The notes: generated from the letters alone by a model not told the origin. A stretch of 63,589 nucleotides of DNA, filler included, from Reclinomonas americana ATCC 50394 (GCA_048213135.1; 57 parts of 57 records of this genome joined end to end with filler, not necessarily neighbours in it), one strand, 5' to 3'. Positions 35,868-48,931 are shown, numbered from the whole stretch's first letter. Translations and numbers: made by a program.

Positions 35868-36562
35868 CACGCGATCACCAAGTCCATATCGCCCGCGGCG
35901 ATCGCCTAAGCAGCTGGAGTGAGCAGCTAGGAAGGAGAAGGCGGACGGGAGGAGAAGGCGATGAACCTGCGAGGCAAAGTGCACCGCTTGCTGCCCGGAT
36001 CCGCACATGCGATTGAGCTGCACGCCAGGCACCGAGTACGGGAAGCCGGCCTTGAGTGGGCCCAGACGACCAACATTCGCGCCCTGCTCGCCCACCGGCG
36101 ACACGCACCTGCAAACAAAAAAAGTGAGCGAACAACACAACTGTGACAAAGGCCAACACTGTCGCTCACCCGCAAATCACGTCCTCGACCAGTGCCGGGT
36201 CGACATTGGCGCGCTTGGCAACCTCCTTGAGCACACTGTGTGAGTGCAGAAGAGAGAGAGAGAGAAGAGTGAGAGAAGAGTGAAAATGTCGAAGGATAAC
36301 GCGCATCTGCAGCACTGATCGCCTCCCTCACACACGCACACTTTGCACACTCTCTTGCACACTCTCTTGCACACTGCTGCACACTCTCTTGCGCACTCTC
36401 TTGCACACTCTTTGCACTCACTCTCTCTCACTTTCTCTTTCTCTCTCTCTCTTTGCAACTCAACGTGGCCAACAACTCGACTGGATGCACATGAGAGAGC
36501 ACGCCTCCGCGCTTTCCCACTGGCGTACGCACGCACTCGACGATAAACACCTCACGAGACAT
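35868..36562 (-). CDS. Thiolase (acetyl-CoA C-acyltransferase), 5' part, with introns
   Basis: [31 protein letters not shown] / [12 protein letters not shown] / [14 protein letters not shown]...[22 protein letters not shown] / [12 protein letters not shown]; catalytic Cys in RMCGSG. Confidence 0.93.
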
Positions 36563-36834
36563 CAAAACAAAAACGAAAGAAAAGAGGAGCGGGGAAAGTG
36601 AGGGGAAAATTGGGGGAAACCACGACGAAAACACGACTTCGTTGAGAATGCAGGAGCAGGAAGAGCGGCCTGCGCGACCGTGGGAGAGAGGTGGGAAGGG
36701 AGAGAGAGAGAGAGGAGACGGAGAATGGAGAGAAGTGTGTGTGAGAGAGAGAGGGAGAGAGAGAGACACACACACACAGACAGGCAGAACAGGCAGACAT
36801 ACACACACACACAAGAGAGAGAGAGAGAGGAGGA

Positions 36835-36874
<40 letters not shown>

Positions 36875-36983
36875 ACGACGACGNNNNNNNNNNNNNNNNN
36901 NNNNNNNNNNNNNNNNNNNNNNNNNNNTTAATTAATTAANNNNNNNNNNNNNNNNNNNNNNNNNNNNNNNNNNNNNNNNNNNN

Positions 36984-37071
<88 letters not shown>

Positions 37072-37299
37072 GAAGAGGGATTGGAAGCACCCTCGAGAGA
37101 CTTAGAGACTGAGCCAGGAATGAGTGAGCATTGTGTCTGAGAGACTCTGTGACGAAGAGGAGAGTGACTGCCGTGAGAGACTGAGACAACTGACTGAGCG
37201 GGAGAGTCGCCCTTCGCGAGGCAGAGGTCTTTGCAAACTGCAGACAGAGAGACTCTGAGCGGAAGACGCCATTGCTGACAATTGGCTTTCTCGTTTGTT

Positions 37300-37880
37300 G
37301 ACACAGAGCCACCGACGCTGTTGTCGTGCACGCCTCTCGCACGCTATGCGACGTGCCCTTTCTCAAGTCCATCACCGATGCTGCCACTCTGTACAATGTG
37401 ACTGCCGATTCGTGCCCGCCGGCAGGTCTCGTCCATTCACCATGCCTTGCCTGCCATTTCCCTCTGCTACTCACTCGCTCATGCGCACATTGCGCAGTGT
37501 GCCCGCAACTGATCCGAATCATGTCGCACACGTTTCGCGTGGCGCATGCGCGCGGCACCGACAATGTGGAGCGCCTGTTCTTCTTCTACATGGTGCTGTT
37601 TCAGATTTTCCCGCTGTCTGCGATGCGACCGCTGGTGGACGAGTTGTTGCACGTGGTGCTGCCGACAGTGTTTGATGGTGAGGCGAGCACAATGGAGAGT
37701 TTTCGAGTCGTCTCTCACGCAGGCACTCACAGATGCCGCGCAACGGAGGTTACTGCCGACGCTGTTGATGGCGGCCATGCCATTCGATTTGGGAGGCGAC
37801 GACTTGTTGCTGGAGGCCATTCAGCGCATGGAGACGCGCGATATCAATGCGTCGGCGCGGCCGAACTCGTCATTACCGGT
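37300..37880 (+). CDS. Helical hypothetical protein, spliced fragment
   Basis: Coding-like exons (CPQLIRIMSHTFRVAHARGTDNVERLFFFYMVLFQIFP...) with short GT-AG introns. Confidence 0.45.
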
Positions 37881-39215
37881 GAGGGGTGGTGGGGGGAAGC
37901 GAAAGGGGAGGAAGGGGAAGGAGCAAGAGGAGACGAGAGAGAGAGAGAGAGAGAGAGCACGCACGACGGAGAGAGAGAGAGTAGGAAGAGAAGATACANN
38001 NNNNNNNNNNNNNNNNNNNNNNNNNNNNNNNNNNNNNNNNNNTTAATTAATTAANNNNNNNNNNNNNNNNNNNNNNNNNNNNNNNNNNNNNNNNNNNNGA
38101 GAGAGAGAGAGAACGGCGGCGGTGCTCACGTTTCTTCTTGGACGCCGGCGCAGCGGAAGCAGCCTTCTTGCCACCCTCCACTCCACCATTGACACGAGCG
38201 GCGGCAGGAGCAGGCGGCTTGCTGCCAACCTTCCCACCACTGCCACCACCAGCACCGCCTGCGCTGCTCTCTGCTGCCGGCTTCCTCTTGCGTGTGGGTC
38301 GCGCGGAGGAGGAAGCAGCAGTGGCGCCTGCGTGAAGAGCGAGAAGTGAGGGCGCGCGACTCACAGACGTGTGAGTACACATGCATTCATGCACTCACCG
38401 GCAGTGCTGCTCACGGTGTCGACCTCCATGGGAGCGTCGTCGGGTGCGCCGCCATCAGAGAGGCTGCGTCACAGGCGTCACACACTCACACTTACACTCA
38501 CACTCACACTCGCGCATTCACACACCTTTCCGCCGAGGAGAGCGAGTCGTCTGACATGTGCTGCTGCAACGCTTGCCAGTCACCTGTGCTGCTGCAGTGG
38601 GAGAGCGGAAGGGGGAGGAGAGAGGGGAACAAAGTGCGTTGGAAATGAGCGACTGACCACACACACACTCGCGCCCACAACGAGACGGAAAATGAGGGCA
38701 ATGTATTCTGGTGTGGAACCCGTACATACAATCACAGACACACAGGTGTGCACACGTACGGACGCAACTGCAGCCGTGCGCTCCCCCGTCGTCGTCGACG
38801 TGTTTGACGTCATGCGGGACTTTGTGATTTTGAAGTTCCGTCGTTTAGTTGTTTGCGATACAAGATCGAGTATTTCAAGGCATTTCCAGAGCCATGTATT
38901 CCACGTGTCGCACCACATACACACAGAGAGAGGGAGAGAAAGAGAAAAAAAAAGGCAAGAAGAGTGGGGGAGATAGAAAAACCCACGATATTAACAGAGC
39001 GGCGGCAGGTCACCGTGTAAGCCGCTGCTCCGACACCATCACCACCCACCCGCCACCGCCGCCATCCATTGACCTCCGGACCGCCTCCGCCACCGTGATT
39101 CTGCTGCGGATTCAGNNNNNNNNNNNNNNNNNNNNNNNNNNNNNNNNNNNNNNNNNNNNTTAATTAATTAANNNNNNNNNNNNNNNNNNNNNNNNNNNNN
39201 NNNNNNNNNNNNNNN

Positions 39216-39994
39216 CGGCACACCGCCGATGTTCTTCGACAAGTCTTTTAGTGTGACGTCGGGTGAGTGGATGGCAGAGATTGAGAACGCTGTGCGTCTT
39301 GGTGAAGGTGCTGACCTTGTCTTCCCGCAGTGAACAATGCACCGACAGCGGTGACACTGAGTGCAAGCTCGTACATCCCGCCTAGCACGGTGGGACTGGC
39401 AATCGCCACGATGAGCACGAGTGATGTGGACTCGCAGCAGTCGTTCTCGTACTCGGTGGTGGGTGGTGCAAGCAACGCATTGGTGACGGTTGCGTCTGGC
39501 AACCAGCTGCAGTTTGCGAGTGCGGGGGCGACGGCGTCGCTGGTGATAATTGTGCGTACAACCGACAATGGCAATCCTGCCATGTCATTCGATCAGACCC
39601 TCAACATTGCTGGTTGCGTGCTATACTGATTGTGTATGAGGTTGTGCTGCACAATGATGCTAACTGCTTTCTTCTTGCATCGATTCAGCACCTACTGTGA
39701 CGTCGCTGTCGGCCACGTTTGTGTCGGCACTGGCTGGCCAGTTGATAACATTGACGGGCACTGGGCTGCTCAACAACTCGGCCGATGCCTCAGCGTATGT
39801 AATGGCTAGTCCCCTCTGCGCCGCCACGACACCGCCGACGGCCGTGGCCAGCACCACCGTCAGCAGCGCATTCGGCAGTGCGACCAGCATCACGCTGACG
39901 ATTGGAGCGGCGGGTGCAGCTGTTGGCACGTACGAGTTGTGCACACGATGGGCGCCAGCCAACGCATATGTGGCTGTGTCTGCATTCGCAATCG
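39216..39994 (+). CDS. Cadherin-repeat surface protein followed by an IPT/Ig-like module
   Basis: VNNAPTAVTLS...IATMSTSDVDSQQSFSYSVV...IIVRTTDNGNPAMSFDQTLNI has cadherin NxAP, DxD and TDxGxP motifs. The preceding exon GTPPMFFDKSFSVTS is the end of another repeat; the next exon APTVTSLS...ITLTGTGL is IPT-like. Confidence 0.8.
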
Positions 39995-42611
39995 GTGAGG
40001 AATGAGGGAAAGGGAGAATGCAGGGAAAGGCGGCCTTTGTGTGGTTGTTTGTTTGTCTGTGTGGGTATGTTGAGCTGTACTTCTGTTCCTTCTTCTTTCC
40101 TTCTTCTTTGTCTATCTTTTTCTCTCTCTCTTTTTGTATATACGTGCGTGCGTGTGTGTGTGTGTTTGTGTGTTTGTGTTTGTGTTTGTGATCGTTTTTG
40201 TGAGCTGAACCCCAGTTGTTGAACGACTGTANNNNNNNNNNNNNNNNNNNNNNNNNNNNNNNNNNNNNNNNNNNNTTAATTAATTAANNNNNNNNNNNNN
40301 NNNNNNNNNNNNNNNNNNNNNNNNNNNNNNNGCTTTGCTTCCTCTCCTCCTTCTCCCCTTCCCCTTGTGTCCCCTTCCCCTTGTGTCCCCTTCCCCTTGT
40401 GTCCCCTTCCCCTTCTGCCCCCTTCCCCTTCCCCCTTTCCCCTTCTGTCCTCTTCCCCTTGTGCCCCCTTCTCCCCTTCTGTCCCCTTCTGTCCCCTTCT
40501 CATCCCTTCCCCTTCTCATCCCCCTTCCCCTCCCCCTTGAAAGCCCAACGGCATGTCCACAAAGAACGGCACAATCGTCAAGGTGGCCCTAGTCTCCAGC
40601 ACACCTCTTGCGCCCAGGAATCACTATTCGTACTCCGACTCTGGCTCTGCTGGACTGTTGCTGGCGGAGGTGCCGACGGAGGAGCCACTGGCCTTTGTGA
40701 AGCACCCGGAGCACTATCGTGTGGATGTTGCGTGTGTTGTGTTCTTTCTCTCTTGTGTTCCGCGTCGTCGACACTCACCACTTGAATGACACAGAATTCT
40801 TTCTACGGCACCTTTTTCACTCCGCGCCAATCGCTGCAAATGAGCTTTCCCACGCACACTCTCGACACGGGCGAGAAGCTGATTCGCGGGTGAGTGACGT
40901 GTGTGCTTTTCCGGAAGACTCTGAGAGCGACTCAATTCTCTATTTTCTTCTGCAGCGCCTGCTCCGGTGCCGTGGAGCCCATGCTGCTGCAGCGAGAGCT
41001 CTCCAAGAGCACCATCAACGAGGAATTTGTGCATCACATGATGGCAGTCGTGCAGCAAGTAATGGCTGACTGTCAGCCAACGGCGTTGCAAGTGGTGCGG
41101 CACGAAATCGATGTCAGCCCCTTACATCTTGTTGTCTAACGCCTCCCTGTGTCTGTCTGTCTCTCTCCCTCTCTGTCTCTCTCTGTTTCTCTCTCTCCCT
41201 CTCTGTCTCTCTTCTCTCTCTCTCTCTCTCTGTCTCTCTCCCTGTCTTTGTGTCTCTCTGTCTCTGTGTCTCTGTGTCTCTATCTTTCTGTCTGGGTCTC
41301 TCTGTGTCTCTCTCTCTCCCTCTCCCTCTCCCTCTCCCTCTCCCTCTCNNNNNNNNNNNNNNNNNNNNNNNNNNNNNNNNNNNNNNNNNNNNTTAATTAA
41401 TTAANNNNNNNNNNNNNNNNNNNNNNNNNNNNNNNNNNNNNNNNNNNNTCAGCAACGCGATGCAAAAAAAAACAGGACATCACGAGACAGAGGAGGAGGA
41501 GGAGGCAGAGACAGAGGCAACGAAGAAGGAGAACAAAAACACCCATTCAAGATGCATGCATGCAGTTCGCTTCGTTGTCAAAAATACCCACACAAGGCAC
41601 ACGCGTGGTGGCGTAACTGTTGAAGAGCTTCTTCAGCTTGGTCGAGTCCTTGGCCTTGTCGCCATTGACCATGGCCACACAAGCCGAGAGCGTCTCGAAC
41701 ACTGCCACCCAACATCATCATCATCAACATCATCATCATCATCATCATCATCATCACAATGCATCATCTCGTGAAAGCACACACACACACACACACGCAC
41801 CATCGCGCGCCATGCGCATCACATCAGCCACCGTCGCGTCGCGACTGAACTCGGCAGCGAATCTGTGGATGTGAATGTGTGTGCGCGCGTGTGCACGTGT
41901 GAGTTATTCCGCATGTGTGTGAGAGACAACTAACTAACACAGCTGTGAAAAAAGACATGCGTGTGATGTTGTGTGGTGGAGCCGCGAGAGGGCACTGCGT
42001 CGCAACTTGCCACACACAGTCAGCACACTGATGGCTGCCATGGCTCACGTTGTGGAAAGCAAGAGAGAAGCAAGGCTGTTTGTGTAATTGCGCAATCATT
42101 AACATTGTCCAAGTTGTTTACGTCGTCGCAACAGCGACGATGTTGTCTTGTGGCAAACTAGCATGCCTTGATTCACTAACACTTGTGGACAAAAGTCGCA
42201 GCCGAAAAAAAACAGAGAAGGGCACAGCAAACGCACAAAGAAGAACAAATACTGGCAGACCAAATCAATACACAAAGGCACAACAAACAACAAGATGCAA
42301 AGGACTCTCATTTGACGACGGTGATGAAGCACGGCTCGCTGATGCCGTAGTTCTCCGGGCTGTACAGCTGCGATTCACACACACAGAGAGAGAGACACAC
42401 ACACACACGCACACACGCCATGCCGAGCTCGAGTCAATCAACAGGACAAAATGCACAACCGACACCGNNNNNNNNNNNNNNNNNNNNNNNNNNNNNNNNN
42501 NNNNNNNNNNNTTAATTAATTAANNNNNNNNNNNNNNNNNNNNNNNNNNNNNNNNNNNNNNNNNNNNTGCTGGTTGTCGTTCGTTTTACTGACTCGCCTT
42601 GTGCCGCTCAG

Positions 42612-43339
42612 ATCTCGTTGAAGATTCTCGCCGGCTGTGTGCTGGCGTTCGCCCTCAATTTCAGCGAGTACCTGCTGATCGCACAGACGTCGTTCATGAC
42701 GCTGGGTGTCGCCGGTCTCACCAAGGAGGTGCTGACTGTGGGCTTTTCACTCTTTTTGTTTGACGACGAGGTGCGTCTTCCTTGCCACCCACGCCGTGCA
42801 TCCCCACCATGATGACACTCACCCACGTACACGTGCATGCATGTGCAGGAGATGAATGCGACCAAGATTGCCGGCTTTTCTGTCTGCCTGTTCGGCATCA
42901 TCCTGTTCAACGTGTACAAATATCAGAAGCTCCGCCGTGCCCTCAGCCCACCGGCAAGTGTAATTTTCGACACACCAAGACTGCGCAGGTGCGTGCATCC
43001 ACTCTTTGTCCTCTCTCCTCTTCGCTCTCTGTCTCTCACACACACCACAGTGGAAGCCTGTCGTCGGTCCCACTTCGCGAACCTCCACGCACCGCCGTGG
43101 CCGACATGTCGGAGGAGCAGACTCTGCAAATTGTGCCGCACCTGCCACTCAACTACTCGGTCCACGCCCACATGCTCTCGCCGACGTTTGTCGCGCCCGT
43201 CAGCCGTGCACCACCCTCTTCCTTCCCGCCACTTTCGGTGCCGGCGATTCCCACGACGCCACTCACCACCAACCCTGGTCCCACATTACCGCTCTCCTCC
43301 GCGGTCTCCAACAGCAAGCCTGCCTATGTCGAGTGTTAA
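42612..43339 (+). CDS. SLC35C2-like nucleotide-sugar/triose-phosphate transporter family, 3' part
   Basis: GCVLAFALNFSEYLLIAQTSFMTLGVAGLTKEVLTV and MNATKIAGFSVCLFGIILFNVYKY. Confidence 0.85.
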
Positions 43340-44671
43340 TGGCACGTAATAAATGCAAAGGAGAAATTTGTGTAAGAAACGCGAGGGGGGTTTCTCGTGA
43401 TGTGGTGCAAAATGGCGGGAGTCCTCTCTGTCTTTCTCTTGCTTCTTCCGAGTGCGTCGCACAAAGTGGTACGTCTGTGTGCATGTACGCGTGTGTGCCC
43501 CTACACGCACACACACGCACACGCACACGCGCACACACACTCACTCAACAGCGCACATGCTTCAAAATGCAAGTGGCTCACTNNNNNNNNNNNNNNNNNN
43601 NNNNNNNNNNNNNNNNNNNNNNNNNNTTAATTAATTAANNNNNNNNNNNNNNNNNNNNNNNNNNNNNNNNNNNNNNNNNNNNGGTGGAATCAACGCGGCA
43701 CGCCATCTTTAAAAAAGGGAACGGAGACACCTCATGCGGAGAACGTCCAGGTCCCGAGTCCTGTCCGCCGCTCCGTCCATCCGGTGGAATTGGTGGAAAA
43801 TGTACAGAAAACATTGCGCTATGAGGACGTGCATACGCGCAATAATATCTCGAAGGGGAATGACACGGTGCGCAGCTTTAAAAGAGAGGAACGGAGACCC
43901 TTCGTGGAGGGCACTTCCAGGTCCCACGTCCGGCCAGTATCAATGTATCAAAACCGGAATCCACGCAAAACATTGCAGGAACAATGTTCCCACGACGGGA
44001 GACGTGTGCGGAAGCAGAATGACACGGTGGGCCGTCGAGAGGGAGTTATTCTGCAGGGGTTTGAGTGACGAACTTCCGAGATACAGATATTGCCGGTATT
44101 GCCCGTCGATCGGATGGAATCCACCGACAAAGTAGCTCAAATCTTACTTTTGATGATAGGATGCACTTTTGCATTGTGTTTCTTGTGTGCTCTGTGAAGA
44201 AACGAGGTGATTTGGGCGAGGGGAAGGGGACTTTGAGAGAATACACGGTGGAGTGCGGTGAAATGCAAGGCGGTGGAAGAATCTCACTGATTGCGAGGGA
44301 ACGGGAGGGAATTGCAGAGACTTGTAAAATGAGGGAAAAGTTATTTTGGATGGGGAACAAGGCCCACATGCGTCGGAGTTATAATCAGTGCTCCTTGAGG
44401 TGGAAACCGGACGAACGATGTTCGGAATCAATTTGGCGGACAAGTGACTGAGTCAAATCATGACTTGTTGCACATAATCAGATGTGATTTCAAGAGGCGG
44501 AGAAGGGTCAAGCGATGGAAATAGGGTGGTCAGAGTTCGTTCATGATCTGTTCAAGAGATTCCTGAGCGAATCTCGGAAAAATAGGGAATCTCGTGATTG
44601 AGAGCGTGGTGATGGGCGGGACCTTGGCCTGTTGCACAGGGTCGGACGTGGTGAGTTGCGGCGCGCCTGAT

Positions 44672-44696
44672 CCAAGGGTCAAGGGTCAAGGGTCAA
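44672..44696 (+). repeat. (TCAAGGG)n at contig 3' end, ~3.5 units; telomere-like
   Basis: ccaaggg tcaaggg tcaaggg tcaa runs into the gap; the same motif ends another contig at 60207-60262. Confidence 0.6.
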
Positions 44697-44839
44697 NNNN
44701 NNNNNNNNNNNNNNNNNNNNNNNNNNNNNNNNNNNNNNNNTTAATTAATTAANNNNNNNNNNNNNNNNNNNNNNNNNNNNNNNNNNNNNNNNNNNNATTC
44801 ATGGCTGATGTTGCGGCTCACTGCATGTTGCACATCACG

Positions 44840-45705
44840 TGCACGCACACTTTCGCCTCACGCTGTGCCTACACAGTCCTCTCAACGCTCGCGGCAGCAG
44901 CGTGCGACGCTGTACCGCTCAGCCGAACTCTCGCGACCTGGCACCGCCTCCTGGTCCACTGTGGACTCGGAGGCCACAGACGATGGAGAGCGATACGAGA
45001 ACGACTTTGCACCGGCACTGCCTCTCGAAGTACAAGGTGAGAAGTGGAGAAGTGCGGAGCCGACTGGCTGCTGCTTGTCAATGCTGACGAACTCGTCGAC
45101 TGCAGCGGCCGCCACGCAAGCCTCGTTTGTCGTCTCGGAGCGCATGCTGCAGGGCCGCTCGGTGGTGTACGTGGCGGTCGACAAGCTGGAGCAGGCGTTT
45201 GTCAATGACCGCGTCAAGTACGTTGGTCCGTACGGCCTCATCGCCGGTCGCAAGGACAGTATGCTGAGGTGCGCAGCGACGTATTGGCGGAGCGTTCTTG
45301 CTGCACAGTTCTCACCCCTCCTCCGTCGTGCGGCAGATACACGAATTTCACACGCTTCTTGTGCAAGGGCAAGCCCATTATTTTGTCACACTGCAAGCTG
45401 GTGGGTGCCGAGAGCGGGGCCTCGGTCACCGCGGAGGCATTGCCAAAGGTTGAGCAGGATGTGGCAGCTGGCTCTCCCAGTGTCTATCGGCATTTCTTTG
45501 TGCGCTTTCTGGACGGCACGCACCGGTTCGCGGTCTTTCGCGATGCTTGCGTCAGGTAATTCTCCATTCATCCACGCACACATGCACGTATGCATTTTCC
45601 GTCGACAAGCTCACGCACTGTGCGCAGCTGCTTTCCTGTTATTGTGCCGAGCGCACAAGAGCAGCTCTTTGCCACTCTGTTTTCACCGGATGCGGACACT
45701 GGAGG
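44840..45705 (+). CDS. Spliced gene with a ParB/sulfiredoxin-like 'DGxHR' domain
   Basis: Removing introns 45269-45336 and 45556-45627 gives VYVAVDKLEQAFVNDRVKYVGPYGLIAGRKDSMLRYTNFTRFLCKGKPIILSHC...VRFLDGTHRFAVFRDACVSCFPVIVP. Confidence 0.65.
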
Positions 45706-48385
45706 TGTGTGGTAGTGCTGATGCCAGTCGTGACCTTTTCTTCATCCGTGTTCACGGAGATCTGCTGCGTGCGCACAGTCTTGTCGAGTCGAGTGCCGCC
45801 GGTGCACGTCNNNNNNNNNNNNNNNNNNNNNNNNNNNNNNNNNNNNNNNNNNNNTTAATTAATTAANNNNNNNNNNNNNNNNNNNNNNNNNNNNNNNNNN
45901 NNNNNNNNNNGTACGCGACACTGGTGCCGGAGACAGCGGCGCCGTCGCTGCAGTGCTCCAACACCCACGACAAGTCGCGCAGGTCGTCGCCACTAAATCC
46001 ATCTACCGGCGGCGCCATAGGGCTGCCTCCTGTGTTTTGCGTATATATACCGCACGTGAGAAAACGTGAATAGATAGAAGCGCATGACACAAAGTGGCAC
46101 ACGTAACCAGCAAGGTTGAGGAGAGTGGAGCAAAATGGCGATGCCGCTGCGGCGTCCAACGATGAGGACCGCAATGGCTCCGGCGACGATTGCTGATCAT
46201 GACGTACGTACTCGGCTTCTGCGCCAGTGCACACAACACGTAAGTCATCGGAGACACGGACGACAATTTTGCCATCGCCGCGGTGGCGCGTGTCCACAAA
46301 CCTGTGCGCGGAGCCACAGAAGCGCGTCTTGCCTGCACATTGCGACGCACTCGTGAGTGCGGGAGGCCGACATTCACAAGAACAGTAATTAACTGAAGCA
46401 AGTTTGCCTCACCGCTCCATCCACATAAACGGGCGCTGCGTGAGCAGTCACGAACTCCACACCGGCTCCTTCCTCCTTCTGGCAAAGGCACGAGAGTGTC
46501 AACATACGTTGCAGCACATCAACTGCAAACACACGTGCGCACCACGTTTTCCGTGGTGGCCATCACAACGGCAACGAGGCCCATCCAGATCACCAGCAAC
46601 GTCAGAATGGCTGTCGAGGGCAGGGCGGGGGCGCGCCATCTCCGCCGCCGGCGTCCACAGCCACCACCGACTGCCGGGCAGTTGCCGCCAACTGCTGTGA
46701 GTGAGCGAGACGAAGAGAAGGAATGATGAGGAGCGGTACAACATGCGCGCGATGCATGCCGCGCGACCACACTTCGCTCACCTCCATGTGCAGACCGATG
46801 CACGGCATCGGACAAGAACATGTGGCTTGTGCGTGCAGCAAAACCAGGCGACGGCCACCTGTGGCTGAACAGTATATAAAGGCGAGGGAGACGCACAAGT
46901 GAGTGGGTGACTGGATGAAACGACNNNNNNNNNNNNNNNNNNNNNNNNNNNNNNNNNNNNNNNNNNNNTTAATTAATTAANNNNNNNNNNNNNNNNNNNN
47001 NNNNNNNNNNNNNNNNNNNNNNNNCCTGCCACAAAAAATGATGATATGTATGTTTTGGTTTGTTTCGTGTGGACTTTTGTATTTCCTCTCTCTATGTTTT
47101 CTTTCTCTCGCTGGCACCTCCTAGAAATTGGTGGAGTGTACTTTTACAGATAGTTGATGAGTGGCGGGAAGGGTGGTCAACTGGAAGATGGGAACAAATC
47201 CTCCAGCACTGGCGAGTGACTTAGCGTGAACAGGATAGCAAGCAACCGATTCCTCAGACACGAGACGTCTGGCAAGTGCGCGTGGCAATATCGTGCTCGT
47301 GTTCGGTTTCACCAGCACGCGCCCGTTACAAGTCACGCTTCGAGAGAGAAATGTCAGACTCTCACCCACCGTGGTTCAGTCCTTGCTTCACATTCTCATT
47401 CCCTCCCTCCCTTTACACAACGCAACGCTCTACCATTTATTCCGAACACAGAGTTGATTATTCGTTAGGTGTCGTTTGGTAACGAAGAAACCGTATTTTA
47501 TATTACCCGAGAGTGTGTGAGAGAGAGCGCGCACGAGAGAGATCATGGCACTGTTGACATTGACACGACACAAGAAGGTGTGTGCGCGTGTGTTCTCTCT
47601 CTCTCTCTCTCTGAGTGTGGTGTCCCTCATTTCATTTCGCGATGCACAGGCGGTGGAGAGCGACTTCCTCGCGGACAAGATCAGCAGCTTCTCGTCGTTT
47701 TATGCGCCCGCCCCGCAGACCGTGGAAGGTGCGTGTGCATGGGAGAGAAGGGAGACGGAGAGAGAGGAGAAGGAGTGGGAAAGAGGAGGAGACTCTGAGT
47801 CCTGCATCACGTATCTCTTTTCCCTTTGTGCAGTCTGTCTTTCTTGAGACGGACTTGTTTGCGTCTGTCCCTTCTGTGCTCTCTTCGCTTCCCTCTGCGC
47901 CCTTCACTTCCCCTTTTGCTTCCCTCCTTCACGTTTCCTCTTCCGTCTTACCCCTTTCTCTCTTCGTCTTCTCCCCATCTCATCCCTTTGCTTCCCCTCT
48001 TCACTTCCCTCTTTTGCTTCCCCTTTTGCTTCCTCCCNNNNNNNNNNNNNNNNNNNNNNNNNNNNNNNNNNNNNNNNNNNNTTAATTAATTAANNNNNNN
48101 NNNNNNNNNNNNNNNNNNNNNNNNNNNNNNNNNNNNNGAAGAAGAAGAAGAAGAAGAAGAAGAAGACAAAGAGGAAGAGCGGGAGGAGGAGGAGGAAGAG
48201 AAGGAGGAGGACGAGAAGACGGAGAACAAGAAGAGAAGAAAAATGAAGGGCGAGAAGATGGAGAAGAAGAAGAAGAAGGATGAGCAGGAGAAGAAGAAGA
48301 AGGAAGTGGAACAGGAGAAGAACAAGAGCAAATCGAAGAACAACAACACCAACAACGATACTGTCATCAAAGTATAGCAGAACAC

Positions 48386-48931
48386 ACCGTCGCCTATGAC
48401 ACACATCCTCCGAGGCCTCCACCACCACTCGCACATCGCACAGCCTGCGCATCGCCGGCACCGCAAACAACAAAAACCCTTCGACGATCACGACCACTCG
48501 TTCTCCTTCCTCCTCCATCGCCGTCAACACTTCCGCGATCAACCATGCATGATTCACCGCGGAAGGCTCCTCCCAGCTGCCTCCGCCCAGTCGGATACGA
48601 CTCGCATCAAAGCAGTCGTCTTGACAGAAAGCGATGCAGCGTGATGGACAGCGATCGACAAGCTGGTCGACGAGGGTCGATTTACCGGAACATGAGGAAC
48701 CAGTGATACCGAGGAGAAACGATCGACTGCGATGCTTGCGGCGATAGTTTCTGAGGCGGTGTGTGCACACGAGAAGAGAGCACTCGATGCGATCGATTGT
48801 GAATGAAAGCCGTCGGAAGAACCTGTGCGTGTGAGTGAGAGATGAGTGTTACTGAGTGCAGTGGAAGGAGGAAAAGGAAGGAGGAGAAACTGCTGAAAGT
48901 CGGCAGTGAGACTGCGCACGGCGTCTTCCAT
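48386..48931 (-). CDS. Nicotinamide riboside kinase / uridine kinase family P-loop kinase
   Basis: LLGITGSSCSGKSTL, CQDDCF, WEEPSAVN, VIVEGFLLF and CHRRR are NRK1-type motifs. Confidence 0.85.
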
